Part shown: positions 1-7,820 of the stretch, in pieces | Layout: the number at the start of each line of letters is the position of its first letter | Position numbering within the stretch: position 1 is the stretch's first letter | Assembly (NCBI GenBank): GCA_018015315.1 | Contig: GCA_018015315.1_3629.1 | Reading direction: 5' to 3' (one strand) | DNA length: 64,000 nt | DNA from: a phage | Notes under the pieces: model-generated | What the model saw: the letters and a program-made list of their open reading frames with translations, nothing else | Databases searched by the model: none | Told to the model about the DNA's origin: nothing | Made by a program: the position numbers and the translations under genes

Positions 1-660
1 ATACTCACCTAGAGGGTGTGCGGCATTAAAGATGCACAGTGGACGGCTGACGTAATAGTCTCCGGGTGTATAAAAATTGTTGAGGTCTTTCACTAGAACA
101 TTCTTATCAGTCACTTCATTTATAACATCATGCATATCGCACATCTTTATATGTTTGAGGATTCCATCCCCCGTCACAAAATAAAAACTTGCTGAGACAC
201 TTTCGGCATAGATCTTACTAGATCCGTTGTAGTTGTATTTTACTCGGATGCTAACGGGGGTTTTTCCTGTCGCGTTAGCCATCATCCAAAGAAATGGCAG
301 CTCATACTTCTCCTCTGAGGAAACAAAAGGTGAGGTAGCCAGAGATCGAAAACCTCCAGAGAAGTTGAAAGTTACAGAACCGCTCCGGCGGTATGATACC
401 GCGTATTCTACTTTTATATCGACGTACCCATTGGAATAGGTGTGTCCTTCATTATCTAAATATGTCCACTTATCAGACCCAGATACCAATCTACGCTCAA
501 TAACCTTCATCACTACAGGAATTAGTGGGTTGGTACAAACCGCTTTTGAAGTAGCTTTATCATCTAAAGCCTCGTAAATTGCAGAAAGGATGTCCCCAGC
601 TGAAAGATTGGTTGTTATGTCCTGTTTCCACCGCGTACTAAAACTGTTAAGATTTGCCAT
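1..660 (-). CDS. hypothetical protein, 5' part only (continues past window start)
   Basis: Reverse-strand frame open for all 220 codons from ATG at 660 to the window edge; AGGAG-like RBS upstream at 667-671 on the minus strand. Not in the ORF track because no stop lies inside the window. Confidence 0.5.
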   Translation of the reverse strand, partial: MANLNSFSTRWKQDITTNLSAGDILSAIYEALDDKATSKAVCTNPLIPVVMKVIERRLVSGSDKWTYLDNEGHTYSNGYVDIKVEYAVSYRRSGSVTFNFSGGFRSLATSPFVSSEEKYELPFLWMMANATGKTPVSIRVKYNYNGSSKIYAESVSASFYFVTGDGILKHIKMCDMHDVINEVTDKNVLVKDLNNFYTPGDYYVSRPLCIFNAAHPLGEY

Positions 661-736
661 GAGGGAGTGCTCCTATGTTAGTTTTATTTCTAATGGGTGC
701 ACTATATCGGAGATTTAGAGTAAAGTCAACACGTTT

Positions 737-1780
737 TTGATGTTGACATCTATTGAAACAATTGATACGATTTCTTCACTTACAGAGCACGAGAGACAAC
801 TCATGAATCTTGAAAAATATTATACACCAGAAGAGTTAGAGCGCCTGCTCAAAAAATATAGACGCAAACAGAATAATGCACGGAAACGAGATATAGAGTT
901 CGACCTGTCATGGGAAGAATACCTCCTATTTGGTAAAAAACTTTTAGGAGATGGAGTATGCGACTATACCCTTATACCTTTTGACATGCACACAGATGAA
1001 AACGGGCTGGGAAATCCTTTCTACCCATCTCTGGAGCGGATAGATGATGAAGGTCCTTATGCGGTTGATAACTGTTGTGTAGTGGGATTGAGATGCAACT
1101 CTCTAAAGGACTGTCTGGTAGATAAAAAGACTGCAGTCTTGATTAAAGACGAAACTGATCGAAAAATTGTCCAGCAGATGATGCTCCACCTGAGCGAAGA
1201 GCGTATGGAGAAATTGAAAGGTGATTATACTTTTGAAGATTTCATCTTGCAATATGGAACGGAAGAGGATAAACTAGCACTCTTTGACGAAGAAGAGGAG
1301 GAAGATATGCTACCGATGTCTAAAGTTACTTATCGTGCACCCAAGAAGCACATTTCCGACATTGTAAACGAGCCTATCACAGAAGAGATTGAAGAAATGA
1401 CGCAACAGGTGCATGAAGAGGAAAAAGAGACTCAGGAGGTCGAAGAGGAGCTTACAGAAGAGGTTCCTGCACTACCTGATGATGTTGAGATTGCCAAAGC
1501 TTACACTTTCTATTGTCAAACGTTCTACGATGTAGGTATGAAAGTTGATCTGTCGTTCAGCCAATTTAAGAGTTCGTATATTCGCAAATGCTGTGCTTTA
1601 ACTGGTGAACGTCTTGGAGCTGGACTTAAACCCCTGTTGGTGACCGACTGGAATAAAGGTTTCACTAAAGGAAACTTTATGGTAGTATCTCCAATTATGG
1701 AGAAAGCTATGACAGATCTTATGAAGACCACCCGCATGACAATGACCGAGTTGGCAGGTATTTTCAAACACGTTAAATAA
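737..1780 (+). CDS. hypothetical protein with an internally duplicated Cys-containing domain and acidic linker
   Basis: 347-aa ORF; N-terminal segment (FDLSWEEY...GVCDYT) and C-terminal segment (VDLSFSQF...KCCALTGE) look like two copies of one domain, separated by an E/D-rich stretch. Exact start uncertain. Confidence 0.5.
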   Translation: MMLTSIETIDTISSLTEHERQLMNLEKYYTPEELERLLKKYRRKQNNARKRDIEFDLSWEEYLLFGKKLLGDGVCDYTLIPFDMHTDENGLGNPFYPSLERIDDEGPYAVDNCCVVGLRCNSLKDCLVDKKTAVLIKDETDRKIVQQMMLHLSEERMEKLKGDYTFEDFILQYGTEEDKLALFDEEEEEDMLPMSKVTYRAPKKHISDIVNEPITEEIEEMTQQVHEEEKETQEVEEELTEEVPALPDDVEIAKAYTFYCQTFYDVGMKVDLSFSQFKSSYIRKCCALTGERLGAGLKPLLVTDWNKGFTKGNFMVVSPIMEKAMTDLMKTTRMTMTELAGIFKHVK

Positions 1781-1792
1781 TGACAGGGGCCA

Positions 1793-3274
1793 ATGGCCCC
1801 TTCTGGAGTTTTAATGGATATCAGAAGTTCAGAAATCATTGCCTCACAAAAAGATGATGCCCTGAGAATGTTGCAGGCTGCACGTATGTATCTCCTTGAA
1901 AAGCTGCCGTTTTATGGCACACTGCTGTCAGGATTGCAGTTCGTAGAAAACCATACATGGTGCTCCACCATGGCAACCGACCATAAACGCATCTATTACA
2001 GTCCTGAGTTCATTATGGGGTTGGCTGATGAACGTAAGGCTATTCTTAAGGCTTCTCTAACTGACGAGCAGTTTGAGATGGCTGAGGTTTTCTATTCCCC
2101 CAAATCTGTGAAAGAGGTGGCCTTTCTTCTGTCGCATGAGGTGGGGCATATTATCTGTGATCACCTGGTCCGTGGTAAAAGCTTTGAGCCGGAACTGTTC
2201 AATATTGCTTGTGATCACGTTATCAACACAGGACTTGTGGTTGACTTTAGCAAGCCTCCTTGTGTTTTCTTCCCGAAGGGGAAAAGCACTACGTTCGTGA
2301 AAGGTAAGCCTTTTGGCTTCTTAGCCAGCTGCTACTGCGATATGAAGTTTCATGGATGGATTGCTGAGAACGTTTATGCAGTTCTTGATAAGCAAAGAGA
2401 TCAGAATAACGGTAAAAGTAAGAACGGTAAAGGTGAGAACTCTCAAGGTGATAAGCGACAAACAGATGATCACATGAGTGGGAACGGTGGCACCAGTGAT
2501 GATCTTGGAAAAGCTATAGGGTATGATCAGCCACAACCTGTAATCAGCCAATCTGATAAAGATCAGGCCATGCAGGACTCTGGTGATATGCTGGAGGCAG
2601 CAATGCAAGCGTCCGGAGGCCGTTGCCCCGAGGCGGTGCGTGAGTTTGTCAAGAACAGAGGTAAGCCTGTAATCAACTATATAGACATCATTAAGCAACG
2701 CATGTTGTCTAAACGAAAGGCTGAACTGACCTACAGAAAACCTGGTCGCCGATCTGGGTCTTTGACCAGCACAATGCGAAAAGTTGGGGCTATAAACAAG
2801 AACCAGCACGTTATTGTTCCTGGTCGTAATCCGGAAAACACTATAGATATTGTGGTGGCTTTAGACGTTTCTGGCTCGATCTCTCAAAGAACTTTAAAGA
2901 AAATGTTCAATGAAATCACCGGATTGTGCAATCTGTATAAAGAGTTTAAGGTTACAATGTTCTGTTGGTCAACTGAGGTTGGAGAGGTTAAAGTATACAC
3001 TCGCGGCAACATAGACGAGATGATTAACTATGAGGTCCACTCAACATGGGGCACAACAGCTGCTTGCGTGTTCGAGTATCTGGATGCCAACATACCGAAT
3101 GCAAAAGATGTCATCGTCCTGACCGACCTATACTTTGAGCATAACTTTGAACAAAAGGTTGTTGACAACAAGTGGAAAAAGTACGATACTTTATGGGTTC
3201 TAACCGAAGGGTATAATAAAAATTATATCCCGAGCTTTGGGAAAACTGTGGAATTAATCGAGTACGCTAAGTAA
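1793..3274 (+). CDS. putative Zn-metallopeptidase / von Willebrand A domain protein
   Basis: HExxH motif (SHEVGHIICDH) in the N-terminal half; vWA MIDAS-like motif DxSGS (LDVSGSIS) in the C-terminal half; 493 aa. Confidence 0.7.
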   Translation: MAPSGVLMDIRSSEIIASQKDDALRMLQAARMYLLEKLPFYGTLLSGLQFVENHTWCSTMATDHKRIYYSPEFIMGLADERKAILKASLTDEQFEMAEVFYSPKSVKEVAFLLSHEVGHIICDHLVRGKSFEPELFNIACDHVINTGLVVDFSKPPCVFFPKGKSTTFVKGKPFGFLASCYCDMKFHGWIAENVYAVLDKQRDQNNGKSKNGKGENSQGDKRQTDDHMSGNGGTSDDLGKAIGYDQPQPVISQSDKDQAMQDSGDMLEAAMQASGGRCPEAVREFVKNRGKPVINYIDIIKQRMLSKRKAELTYRKPGRRSGSLTSTMRKVGAINKNQHVIVPGRNPENTIDIVVALDVSGSISQRTLKKMFNEITGLCNLYKEFKVTMFCWSTEVGEVKVYTRGNIDEMINYEVHSTWGTTAACVFEYLDANIPNAKDVIVLTDLYFEHNFEQKVVDNKWKKYDTLWVLTEGYNKNYIPSFGKTVELIEYAK

Positions 3275-3289
3275 GAGAGGAGGTTATTT

Positions 3290-3553
3290 ATGGCAACAGA
3301 GTTAAAATTTGCATCAAACCGTAAAACTAAGAAGTATCTGTCCTCAGTAGCTCCAGGCACTGTGGTGATGTTTGTTGATGAACTTGGGGATGTGAATACA
3401 GCACTTGTTGTAAAATCACATCCTGCAAACATATATGTTGGGGTATTTGACCTGTTCAGAAAGGTGTTTGTAGAACTACCTCACAGTTTGGTTGTTACAG
3501 AAATGGATGCCTGCATAGAAATTCTTGGCGAAGTTATGGTGGAGGAACAATAA
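3290..3553 (+). CDS. small hypothetical protein, paralog 1 of a tandem array of four
   Basis: 87 aa; GAGGAGG RBS upstream; shares size and motifs (GTVV..., V.E.D..I.ILGE) with the next three ORFs. Confidence 0.6.
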   Translation: MATELKFASNRKTKKYLSSVAPGTVVMFVDELGDVNTALVVKSHPANIYVGVFDLFRKVFVELPHSLVVTEMDACIEILGEVMVEEQ

Positions 3554-3819
3554 TGGCTACTAGCATTGTATTCAATTCTAAGGTGAAGAACAAAAAGCGT
3601 GCAGACAGTTTTCCGTGTGGGACCGTGGTAAGTTGCGACGGAGACGGCATTCAAAACATAGTTATGATTGTCAAAACAGGAGAACATTGTGTGTGGGGGT
3701 TCGATTTAGAAAATAATGAGTTGTACGATCTGCCGCCAAACATGAAAGTTACAGAGCTTGACACCAAAATTACCATCCTTGGAGAGGCAAGCTATTCAAA
3801 AGAAGGAGGAGAACAATGA
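3553..3819 (+). CDS. small hypothetical protein, paralog 2
   Basis: 88 aa; start overlaps the previous stop (ATAATGG); same motifs as paralog 1. Confidence 0.6.
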   Translation: MATSIVFNSKVKNKKRADSFPCGTVVSCDGDGIQNIVMIVKTGEHCVWGFDLENNELYDLPPNMKVTELDTKITILGEASYSKEGGEQ

Positions 3820-4079
3820 CCACAAAAATCACTATCGCAGAACCGAAAGCTAACACTCAACCTATCGAAAAGTTTAAGTGCGGTGAGGTGGTAACATTCA
3901 CACCAGATAATGAAGATGCTAAGATTTTCGCAATGGTCACAGCTGAGTGGATGTGTGACAACACCACACAGGTTCTGCGTTTTGACACCTATCTTACCGA
4001 CGAAATCAGGAACGACAAGATCGTGACTGGTGTGGATACTGAGATTGTTTTCTACAAGAGCTTTTTAGAGGGTTTCTGA
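3816..4079 (+). CDS. small hypothetical protein, paralog 3
   Basis: 87 aa; ATGA start/stop overlap with paralog 2; CGEVV motif in the same position. Confidence 0.55.
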   Translation: MTTKITIAEPKANTQPIEKFKCGEVVTFTPDNEDAKIFAMVTAEWMCDNTTQVLRFDTYLTDEIRNDKIVTGVDTEIVFYKSFLEGF

Positions 4080-4080
4080 T

Positions 4081-4314
4081 ATGGCAAAAATTCGTAAATT
4101 ATCCAGCAATCAGGTTGTGAAAGACTTTGAATCTGGAGAGATTCTGTATGTTCGTGATGCAGATGACGAATGTGAAGATCTTGTTATGTTGGTGGGGCAC
4201 GCTGAGGACGGATGCATCCAAGCTGTTTTTCTTGAAACAGCTATGGTGCACTGGATAGAGCTGGACCTGAAAGCACGAAAACCTAAAGCAGAAATCCTGA
4301 TTTACGAAGATTAA
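4081..4314 (+). CDS. small hypothetical protein, paralog 4 (more diverged)
   Basis: 77 aa; similar size and acidic character, weaker similarity to the other three. Confidence 0.5.
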   Translation: MAKIRKLSSNQVVKDFESGEILYVRDADDECEDLVMLVGHAEDGCIQAVFLETAMVHWIELDLKARKPKAEILIYED

Positions 4315-4330
4315 CAAAAAGGAGAGAGCC

Positions 4331-4780
4331 GTGTTGAGCAAACGTGAATGCGACAGCATTAGCCTGAATTCTTATAAGAAACAATGGTTTGGAGTGGAAG
4401 TTTGCCGACTGCGGCTAGGCTCCTACCTGAACTTCGTTTATTATGAAAGCGATAGTCGTATCGTTTCTTATGAAGTGTTCTACACTAAGAACACCTTCGA
4501 ACTGCGCCGTAAAGTGGATGGTGGGAGAACTACCCCCCAGAATAATTGGGAAACTATCCTACCTACAGATGTTATAGGAAGTCCACTGAATGTATCTGAA
4601 GATGAAAATCTTATGGTTCATGCTATGATGGGACTTGACAGCTTAGAGCTGGCGATCTATGATATGTCCATCGAAGCAGTTAAGCTGGACTACATCGAAA
4701 ACACTTTAGAGGAAGGTATCAAGAAGTTTCTCAGTGAGAAATTAAAAGACCACTTTCATAAGGAGCTATACCTGTTATGA
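4331..4780 (+). CDS. hypothetical protein
   Basis: 149-aa ORF, GTG start with AAGGAGAGAG RBS; same strand and tight spacing as neighbours. Confidence 0.5.
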   Translation: MLSKRECDSISLNSYKKQWFGVEVCRLRLGSYLNFVYYESDSRIVSYEVFYTKNTFELRRKVDGGRTTPQNNWETILPTDVIGSPLNVSEDENLMVHAMMGLDSLELAIYDMSIEAVKLDYIENTLEEGIKKFLSEKLKDHFHKELYLL

Positions 4781-5022
4781 AGACCCGTAAAGAACGTAAC
4801 AAAATTTTACCTGGAGCTCTAGAACACCTGATGAAGTGCAGATCTATTTGGCACTCTGCCAAGGAAGGGCAGAAGGTGGTTGTGGTTAGTGACAATACCA
4901 ACCCGTTTGGAGATTATACCACTATGATGGCCCCGTATGTCCGTGATGGTGTTGTGGAAGTGGTCCCTTACAACGGTCTGCATGAACGGCACTTTGAAAG
5001 CACTTTGCTAGTGGAGCTATAG
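4777..5022 (+). CDS. hypothetical protein
   Basis: 81-aa ORF with start/stop overlap to the upstream gene. Confidence 0.45.
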   Translation: MKTRKERNKILPGALEHLMKCRSIWHSAKEGQKVVVVSDNTNPFGDYTTMMAPYVRDGVVEVVPYNGLHERHFESTLLVEL

Positions 5023-5024
5023 TC

Positions 5025-5591
5025 ATGGCGGTCAATGTGGCTTACAACACAGGAAAGCTTGACAGAGACATTGGGTGTCTTGTCCTTTCAGATACAGAAG
5101 AGTATTGGGGTTATGGGTTGCTGTCAGACCCACACCCGAGCAACCTTGTATCAACAGTGCTATACCGCTACGACCCTGTGCCAACGGTACACGACAAAGA
5201 CATTCACGACCTCCGGATCAAGTGTCTGGAAGATCTGCTGAACAATGGTTGCAACGATCTGCGGGTAGCCAAAGAGAAGCTTACAAACATTCACAAAGAG
5301 GAAGTGATGAGCACCCTCAGTAAGAGATCAGTGCACAAAAAGATGATGCTGAACTTTGCAATGGGTATCTACATGGACGGGTATAAGGGAGGTGATCCGA
5401 TTCTCAAGCTTCGCTGCCCAACACTGTGGGAAAGAGTGGTTGACAGTAAGGACGGTACTGCCCTGCTTGAGCTACACACTGCAGGTTGGATTTGGAGGTA
5501 TGTGGACGGATACCCTCTGTGGGCATGTGGACCTGGGGAATTTGTTGACAGACCTAGCGCGGTGGTGGACTTACTATTGCAGTTTGAATAA
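5025..5591 (+). CDS. hypothetical protein
   Basis: 188-aa ORF in the operon frame series; shorter overlapping ORFs in other frames judged spurious. Confidence 0.5.
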   Translation: MAVNVAYNTGKLDRDIGCLVLSDTEEYWGYGLLSDPHPSNLVSTVLYRYDPVPTVHDKDIHDLRIKCLEDLLNNGCNDLRVAKEKLTNIHKEEVMSTLSKRSVHKKMMLNFAMGIYMDGYKGGDPILKLRCPTLWERVVDSKDGTALLELHTAGWIWRYVDGYPLWACGPGEFVDRPSAVVDLLLQFE

Positions 5592-5648
5592 AAAGGTGAG
5601 TTATAAGGTATTCATACACCTACCAACAATACAACAGGAGAGACTGAG

Positions 5649-5924
5649 ATGACGAAAGAAGAGGCCGACGTATTAGATTTTGCACTAGAGGCTACGCAGG
5701 AGGCTTTGGTGTTAGCTTGGAAAATGAACCAGCGTGCTGCAGAATGCAACCGCCGCATCAATGAGATTCTGGGCATGTCCATGTATGATTTCACTATGCA
5801 TGCTGGAGAGATTCCTGAATTAACTGCAGAGATGAATGATCTTGACAATAAGATTAATATCATTCTGAAGACAGCAGAAACAACTCACCAAACCGCCCGT
5901 AAATTTATCAACGAGAAGGTGTGA
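5649..5924 (+). CDS. hypothetical protein
   Basis: 91-aa ORF; AGGAGAGA RBS upstream. Confidence 0.5.
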   Translation: MTKEEADVLDFALEATQEALVLAWKMNQRAAECNRRINEILGMSMYDFTMHAGEIPELTAEMNDLDNKINIILKTAETTHQTARKFINEKV

Positions 5925-6400
5925 ATATGGACTACAGCTACTGCGGGGAAGAAGTTCCTTTTAACTACAGCAATCTTACCACGAGCAATCCATATGAGAC
6001 TCGCCACGGCACACACATCATTGCCATTGACTTTGATGGAACGTTTAATGCGAGCCCTTTCATCTTCTCCCGCCTGATCAGGGATCTGAAGAAGGAGAGG
6101 TGGACAGTCTACCTTGTGACTTCTCGGTTCATCACTCAAGACAACGTGGACATTGAATATTGGCGCAAGGAGCTTGATGTTGGGGTGTTTTATACTGGCG
6201 GTGTTCAGAAGGCAGCCTACCTGGCGCAGTTTGATATCTACCCAGATATCTGGATTGATGATTCTCCGGCATGTATTCCGGCTAAAAATCAGTTAGAGTT
6301 TGCAATGAAGGAGATTGAGTACAAGTCTGATGCTAAGCGGAACGGATGGCCCTTTATTATTGAAGATTACCCAGACCCTGAGCCGGAGAAAGAGCCATGA
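5921..6400 (+). CDS. HAD-superfamily phosphatase (putative nucleotidase or 3'-phosphatase)
   Basis: HAD motif I DxDGT (IAIDFDGTF), motif II (VYLVTSR), motif IV (IWIDDS); 159 aa. Confidence 0.65.
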   Translation: MNMDYSYCGEEVPFNYSNLTTSNPYETRHGTHIIAIDFDGTFNASPFIFSRLIRDLKKERWTVYLVTSRFITQDNVDIEYWRKELDVGVFYTGGVQKAAYLAQFDIYPDIWIDDSPACIPAKNQLEFAMKEIEYKSDAKRNGWPFIIEDYPDPEPEKEP

Positions 6401-6567
6401 AACGAAGATATCATTACCTGATGTGGAAGTTATATCATGGTGCTGCTAAAGCTTACCGCACCGTGTTTAGCAATGACAATCACTGCATTATGTTACACCT
6501 TACCGCCATTAAACATCACAATGAGTGGATTCGTGCAATCGTGATAGGTGACAAAGACTTTAAGTAA
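6397..6567 (+). CDS. small hypothetical protein (56 aa)
   Basis: ATG overlaps the stop of the HAD gene (ATGA); open to TAA at 6565-6567; below the track size cutoff. Confidence 0.3.
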   Translation: MKRRYHYLMWKLYHGAAKAYRTVFSNDNHCIMLHLTAIKHHNEWIRAIVIGDKDFK

Positions 6568-6618
6568 GGTATGCCTCAAAAACGTAATAGTGTGGCTTTC
6601 TAGATGGAGACTGACTAA

Positions 6619-6999
6619 ATGTGCAAGTGTAAATCATATAATTGGAAAGTGAAAGGTGCCAAGCATCCAAATGTTATCGTTGATGTGCCTAAAAAGCTCC
6701 GTGACGGCAAAAAACGTGTGTGCCTTGATAAGTGCATGGCTAAACCTATCATGAGTCTATGGGCGGCAGGATTGAAAACTCTAAACTGCTGCTGTGGTCA
6801 TAACAAAGATGTTCCAAGCATCATTATCCCAGAAGATGCAGATCCTAAAGCTTATGCCAAAATACTGACCCGCTATCCCAGCACCTTCCTGATCGGAAAA
6901 TGGTGTCACGATGAACTTCAATGGTGGATAGCCTATGGTAGTATAGGCACTACTTTTGGCTTCCCAGCTTTGTCAGAGCGCTATGTCAAAGTGTCATAA
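6619..6999 (+). CDS. Cys-rich hypothetical protein (possible Zn-binding)
   Basis: 126-aa ORF with CKCK, CLDKC and CCCGH cysteine clusters. Confidence 0.5.
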   Translation: MCKCKSYNWKVKGAKHPNVIVDVPKKLRDGKKRVCLDKCMAKPIMSLWAAGLKTLNCCCGHNKDVPSIIIPEDADPKAYAKILTRYPSTFLIGKWCHDELQWWIAYGSIGTTFGFPALSERYVKVS

Positions 7000-7007
7000 T
7001 AGAATTT

Positions 7008-7028
7008 AAGGCCTCAAACGAGGCCTGT
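7008..7028 (+). terminator. putative hairpin terminator after the 6619..6999 gene
   Basis: AGGCCTC-AAAC-GAGGCCT perfect 7-bp stem; downstream T-tract is weak. Confidence 0.35.
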
Positions 7029-7103
7029 GCCTTCATAAATTGCCCCACCCTATGTGATTGCCTTCCTGAAACAAACACCCTCTTAAATCGCTTAAAATTA
7101 AGC

Positions 7104-7132
7104 TTGACATCAACGCAGAATTTTTATATGAT
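7104..7132 (+). promoter_or_regulatory. sigma70-like promoter
   Basis: TTGACA (7104-7109), 17-bp spacer, TATGAT (7127-7132); about 30 bp upstream of the 7163 start. Confidence 0.55.
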
Positions 7133-7162
7133 TATCCCACCAACCAAGCAGAGGAGACTGTC

Positions 7163-7570
7163 ATGGATAATCTTACAAATATAAAAGTCGAAATTGTTAA
7201 GCTAAAATTCTTAGGCTTTCGAGACCCCAGCTCTATAACAGCTATAATCATGGATACCCATTTTACAGCAGGCAAGGAATACACTGCCGTCCGTTATACT
7301 TGCGGGGATCATAAATCTGCCTACAGTGTTAATACAAACCTCGGTGAGGGATATTTTATCCGTGATATTACGGATCATTTGTGGGGAATGTGGGAGTTGG
7401 TGAAGGAAGAGGGTAACTCACTCCCCAAAGAGATTTGGGTGCATACCTTCCACACAGGTAAGTTTGGAGGCACGGAACATAAATCTATTCACTACGATGA
7501 AGAAAGCGCCCTCAAGCAACAAGCTGTTCTTGGCGGGTCTGTAGAAAAATTTATTAAATGCGAGGACTGA
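7163..7570 (+). CDS. hypothetical protein
   Basis: 135-aa ORF downstream of the promoter; AGAGGAG RBS. Confidence 0.55.
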   Translation: MDNLTNIKVEIVKLKFLGFRDPSSITAIIMDTHFTAGKEYTAVRYTCGDHKSAYSVNTNLGEGYFIRDITDHLWGMWELVKEEGNSLPKEIWVHTFHTGKFGGTEHKSIHYDEESALKQQAVLGGSVEKFIKCED

Positions 7571-7573
7571 TAA

Positions 7574-7774
7574 ATGGCTGATTTTTGTAAAGACTGTTCT
7601 GAAGAGTTGTTTGGTCACGATTGCGGAGATCTGGAAGGACTAATCACAGAAGATCAGTGGAAGGAAGGTTATGCAGCACCTGTTATCTGCGAAGGTTGCG
7701 GCTATATCTACGTTGACCACAAAGGTAAACGCGTCCAGCCGTCTGAAGATGGGTCGTGTTGGGAATATTATTAA
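7574..7774 (+). CDS. small Zn-ribbon-like protein
   Basis: 66 aa with CxxC...CxxC (CKDC, CEGC). Confidence 0.5.
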   Translation: MADFCKDCSEELFGHDCGDLEGLITEDQWKEGYAAPVICEGCGYIYVDHKGKRVQPSEDGSCWEYY

Positions 7775-7786
7775 TTATAAAAAGAA

Positions 7787-7810
7787 AGGGGCCGTTTGGC
7801 CCCTTTTTAT
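7787..7810. terminator. bidirectional rho-independent terminator between convergent genes
   Basis: AGGGGCC-GTTT-GGCCCCT stem flanked by A-tract on one side and T-tract on the other, so a U-run follows the hairpin on both strands. Confidence 0.7.
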
Positions 7811-7820
7811 TTACCCTCCG

